Below are positions 60,647 to 64,000 of a stretch of 64,000 bases of DNA, piece by piece. A program made the position numbers and the translations under genes. Under the pieces are notes generated by a model, which searched no databases, was not told where the DNA came from, and saw only the letters and a list, made by a program, of their open reading frames with translations. Source of the DNA: Podospora anserina (lineage: Eukaryota); the NCBI GenBank assembly GCA_017654855.1, contig CM030336.1, positions 4,774,001-4,838,000 of the forward strand. Reading direction: 5' to 3'. How positions within the stretch are numbered: the stretch's first letter is position 1; every line of letters begins with the position of its first letter.

Positions 60647-61741
60647 ATGTCGATCCCCAAGACCCAGAAGCAGTGGCTCATCACCGGAGCCGACAAGGGC
60701 CTCGACGGCCTCGTCTACCAAGACGCTCCCGTCCCCACCCCCGGCGACCATGAGGTCCTCGTCCACCTTCTCGGCGCCTCGCTCAACTACCGCGATCTCA
60801 TCATCCCCAGGGGAATGTATCCCTTCCCGCTCAACCTCCCAGTAGTAGCCTGCTCCGACGGCGCCGGCGAGGTTGTCGCTGTTGGGTCCAAGGTCACAAA
60901 GTGGAAGAAGGGCGACAAGGTCCTCACCCTCTTTAACCAGGGCCATCAGAGAGGTGATATGGACATTGCGGCCAGCAAGACCGGTCTTGGCGGCTGCTTC
61001 GACGGCACCTTGAGGCAGTATGGTACTTTTGCCGAGACTGGTGTCGCCAAGATGCCCAGCAACTTGAACTACGTCGAGTCTGCTTCGCTTGTCTGTGCTG
61101 GTCTTACGAGCTGGAACGCTCTTTATGGTCTGAAGCCGTTGAAGAAGGGCCAGTGGGTTGTCACCCAGGGTACTGGTGGTGTTAGTTTGTTTGCTCTGCA
61201 GGTAAGAATTTCTCTTTCAACAAATGAAACATGAGGGCGTGCTAACAGAAAACAGTTTGCCAAGGCTGCTGGCGCGCATGTCATCGCGACGACATCTACC
61301 GCCGAGAAGGCCGAGATGCTTAAGAAGTTGGGCGCCGACCACGTTATTAACTACAGGGAAGATGTCAACTGGGGTGAGACTGCCCGTAAGTTGACCCCCG
61401 GTGGTGAGGGTGTTGAGCATGTTATTGAGGTTGGCGGTGCCGACACTTTCACCCAGAGCTTGAGCGCTGTTAAGATGGAGGGTGTCATCTCCGTCATTGG
61501 ATTCCTCGGCGGTGCGGCTCCCAAGGACAACATTCTCGAGACCCTTTCTCGTGTCTGCACTGTCCGTGGTGTATACGTCGGCTCTCGCGAGCAGCTTGAG
61601 GCCATGTGTGCCGAGATTGAGAAGCACGACATCCACCCTGTCATGGACAAGACAGTCTTTACTCTCGAAAAGGCGAAGGAGGCTTATGAGTACATGTGGG
61701 CCAAGAAGCACACTGGCAAGATTCCCATCACGATTGAGTAA
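60647..61741 (+). CDS. Medium-chain dehydrogenase/reductase (zinc-type ADH-like, MDR7/quinone-reductase type)
   Basis: SLNYRDL, SDGAGEV, CAGLTSWNAL, QGTGGVSLFALQ-FAKAAGA, LGADHVINY, HTGKI; intron 61202-61255. Confidence 0.93.
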
Positions 61742-62660
61742 CGGGGTCAAAAGGGGGATTTGTGCAACCTTGTATATAAGAACCTAATGATGAGATCTGC
61801 TTAACGATGAGAACTGTCACAGTCATTATCACCCGTGTGTATAGTGGGACCGACCGGGCCAGTCACGCAGGATGTGCCGACCCGAGCTTGAGCGTCCGAT
61901 GCCGTGGTAAATTGGACTCTATGGGTAACCCATGCCGCATTTTCCTTCATGTTACCTGCCGAGCTTGACTGAGTGCCGGCCGCGCTTGTTCTGACTGGCG
62001 CCAGCTTATGCAAGGTGTCAACCGAGTGTTGACGAACCAGCATATAAGACTGATAGAATAGCAAATGCAACATTAGATAAGCGGCCAAAAAACACCAGTT
62101 CCATGGAGATAAACCTCATGAGCTCTACATTTGTCCTACCACCCCGCTCCTGAGGCGTGGTCTAGAGACAATAGGCACTGTCGTGACACCCACCATCAGA
62201 ACTGAAATGCCGGCTAAGAGCTCAATCCCACGTTGTGGCTGCCAAGAGACCCTGTCAATGCTGCTGACTGCAGATGTACCGTAGAAATTAATCCCGGTAT
62301 CAGCATTGGCTGCCGGGTAGCGAGTGAGCAGGTCCTATCGGATGGACTCCTCATAGGGCCGACAGTACGAATTGCCACACTGAGTGCCCATTATCATACA
62401 CTATCGAGTTGGAGATGGCTGGGCGGCAAGACCCTCGCAGAACCGAAACTCTCAGTGGCACCCAACCAACGTGGAGGCATCATGAAGAACTTGCATGTGC
62501 TTACATGGACTATTGGATGGTGCCCAAGATGCGCGGGCCAACATCCTGGCAGGAGAAAAAGTTGAGATTGCGGCAAGCATAAATAACACAAGCTCCTCGC
62601 GGGAATTGTTCAGACAGAGCTTCCACGGCACCTCGTCCCCAATCTTCACACACAGCCACC

Positions 62661-64000
62661 ATGAAGCTCCTCACAGGCTACCTTCTCCTCCAAACTGCCG
62701 GCCTAGCCACGGCTCTGCCCCCCAAGCTCGAGGACTTCAAGCAAAAAGCAATCGACTCCGGCGTCGCCCTCAAAGCCCTCAATGGCATCGCCCTCGCCAA
62801 AGCCCTCACCAAATTCAGCGGCACATGCACGCCCTCCAAAGTGAAATACCGCCGCGAATGGCGCACCATCTCCAAGCCCGACCGCAGAAAATTCATCGCC
62901 GCGGTCAAGTGCATCATGGCCAAACCCAGCACGCTCCCTCCGGAGGAAGTCCCCGGCGCCAAGTCATTATACGATGACATCGTCTGGGCCCATGCGCGAA
63001 GAAGCGGTCTCGTTCACAACAGCGTTCGCTCCCCTTCTCCTCCGCCCCCCTTTTTCCCACTTTACTAATCCTCACAGGGAACCTTCCTCCTCTTCCACCG
63101 CTACTACCTCCACACCTACGAAACGGAACTCTCCGCCTGCGGCTGGACCGCAGGGCTCCCCTACTGGGAATGGGGCCTCGACATAACCGGGCCCCATCTC
63201 TCCCCCATCTTTGACGGTTCCGACACATCGTTAGGTGGTGACGGCGAGTTCATCCCTAACCGCCCCCCTTTTTCAATCCCTTGGATCGACCCCCTCACAC
63301 CGGAAATCATCATCCCACCCGGGACGGGAGGTGGATGCGTCAAGACAGGTCCGTTTGTCCATCATAAAGTCAGACTTGGGCCGTTCAACATGACAGAGAC
63401 GTTCCCTGTCGAGCCGGAGGATGGGAGGGGGGATAATGAGAGGTGTTTGATTAGGGATTTGAACAAGGGGGGGATTGAGAGGTGGGCGAGTTTTAGGAAT
63501 AGTACTGAGTTGATTTTGGGGAGTGGAGATATCTTTGAGTTTCACGTCAATGCTGTGAGTGCTTCTGACTGGATTGAAAGGTACCGGGAAGGGGGAGTGC
63601 TGCTGACATGCCGGGTGATATAGGAAGGGGATCCGAGATGGGTACCGACCAAGCCGATGGGTGTTCATGGTGGTGGGCATTCGTCGATTGGTGGGGTGGG
63701 CGGGCATGCTGCTGATCCGGTTATTTCGCCGTATGATCCTGCTTTTTGGTTGACGCATGGGCAGTTGGATAGGGTTTATTGGATTTGGCAGATGTTGGAT
63801 TTGGAGAGTCGGAGTGTGAGTTCTGCTGAGCGGAGTCGTTTGTTGTGTGATATGAAAACTGACTTGGCTTCGGACAGGACGTCTTTGGGACTGGCACGTG
63901 GCTCAACATCCCGCCTAGTCCTAATGTTACTGTGGAAGACAGCATCGATGTGTTGCCTCATCAGCCGCCGAGGAAGTTGAAGGAGTTGATGAGTACGGTT
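62661..64000 (+). CDS. Secreted tyrosinase-like di-copper protein (runs off the right edge)
   Basis: Signal peptide; RREWRTI, FIAAVKC, CuA YDDIVWAH..VHNS-GTFLLFHR, LPYWEW, CuB GVHGGGH..SPYDPAFWLTHGQLDR; at least 3 introns. Confidence 0.92.

Overview
Filamentous ascomycete genomic DNA: short spliceosomal introns with CTRAC-type branch sites, RIP-mutated repeats and an intron-containing tRNA. It is most consistent with a Sordariales fungus such as Podospora (inference). The window looks like an accessory region. Apparently intact genes encode a Kelch-like membrane protein, an MFS monocarboxylate transporter, an Ecp2-like secreted protein, a triple-CFEM GPI protein, an SDR, a secreted amidohydrolase, an FAD monooxygenase, a GH2 exo-beta-glucosaminidase, a P450, a PTH11-like receptor, a GH43, an MDR dehydrogenase and a tyrosinase-like protein. 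These are interleaved with at least eight broken genes, mostly of conflict or allorecognition-type families: a head-to-head AAA ATPase / degenerate-NACHT pair, a fused HET / SNF2 remnant, a vWA-like gene, a kinase-like gene, a small cysteine-rich secreted gene and an unidentified gene split by transposons. Other notable elements are a 3684-codon hyper-acidic ORF (Zn-ribbon head, periodic [DE]xxR motifs, repeated basic amphipathic motifs in the tail), two identical inverted tRNA-Lys(CTT) genes, a 20/22-bp phased minisatellite, a nested transposon block with RIPed and un-RIPed layers, and recurrent C-rich to G-rich strand-skew switches. All functional calls come from motif recognition by eye; no searches were run.
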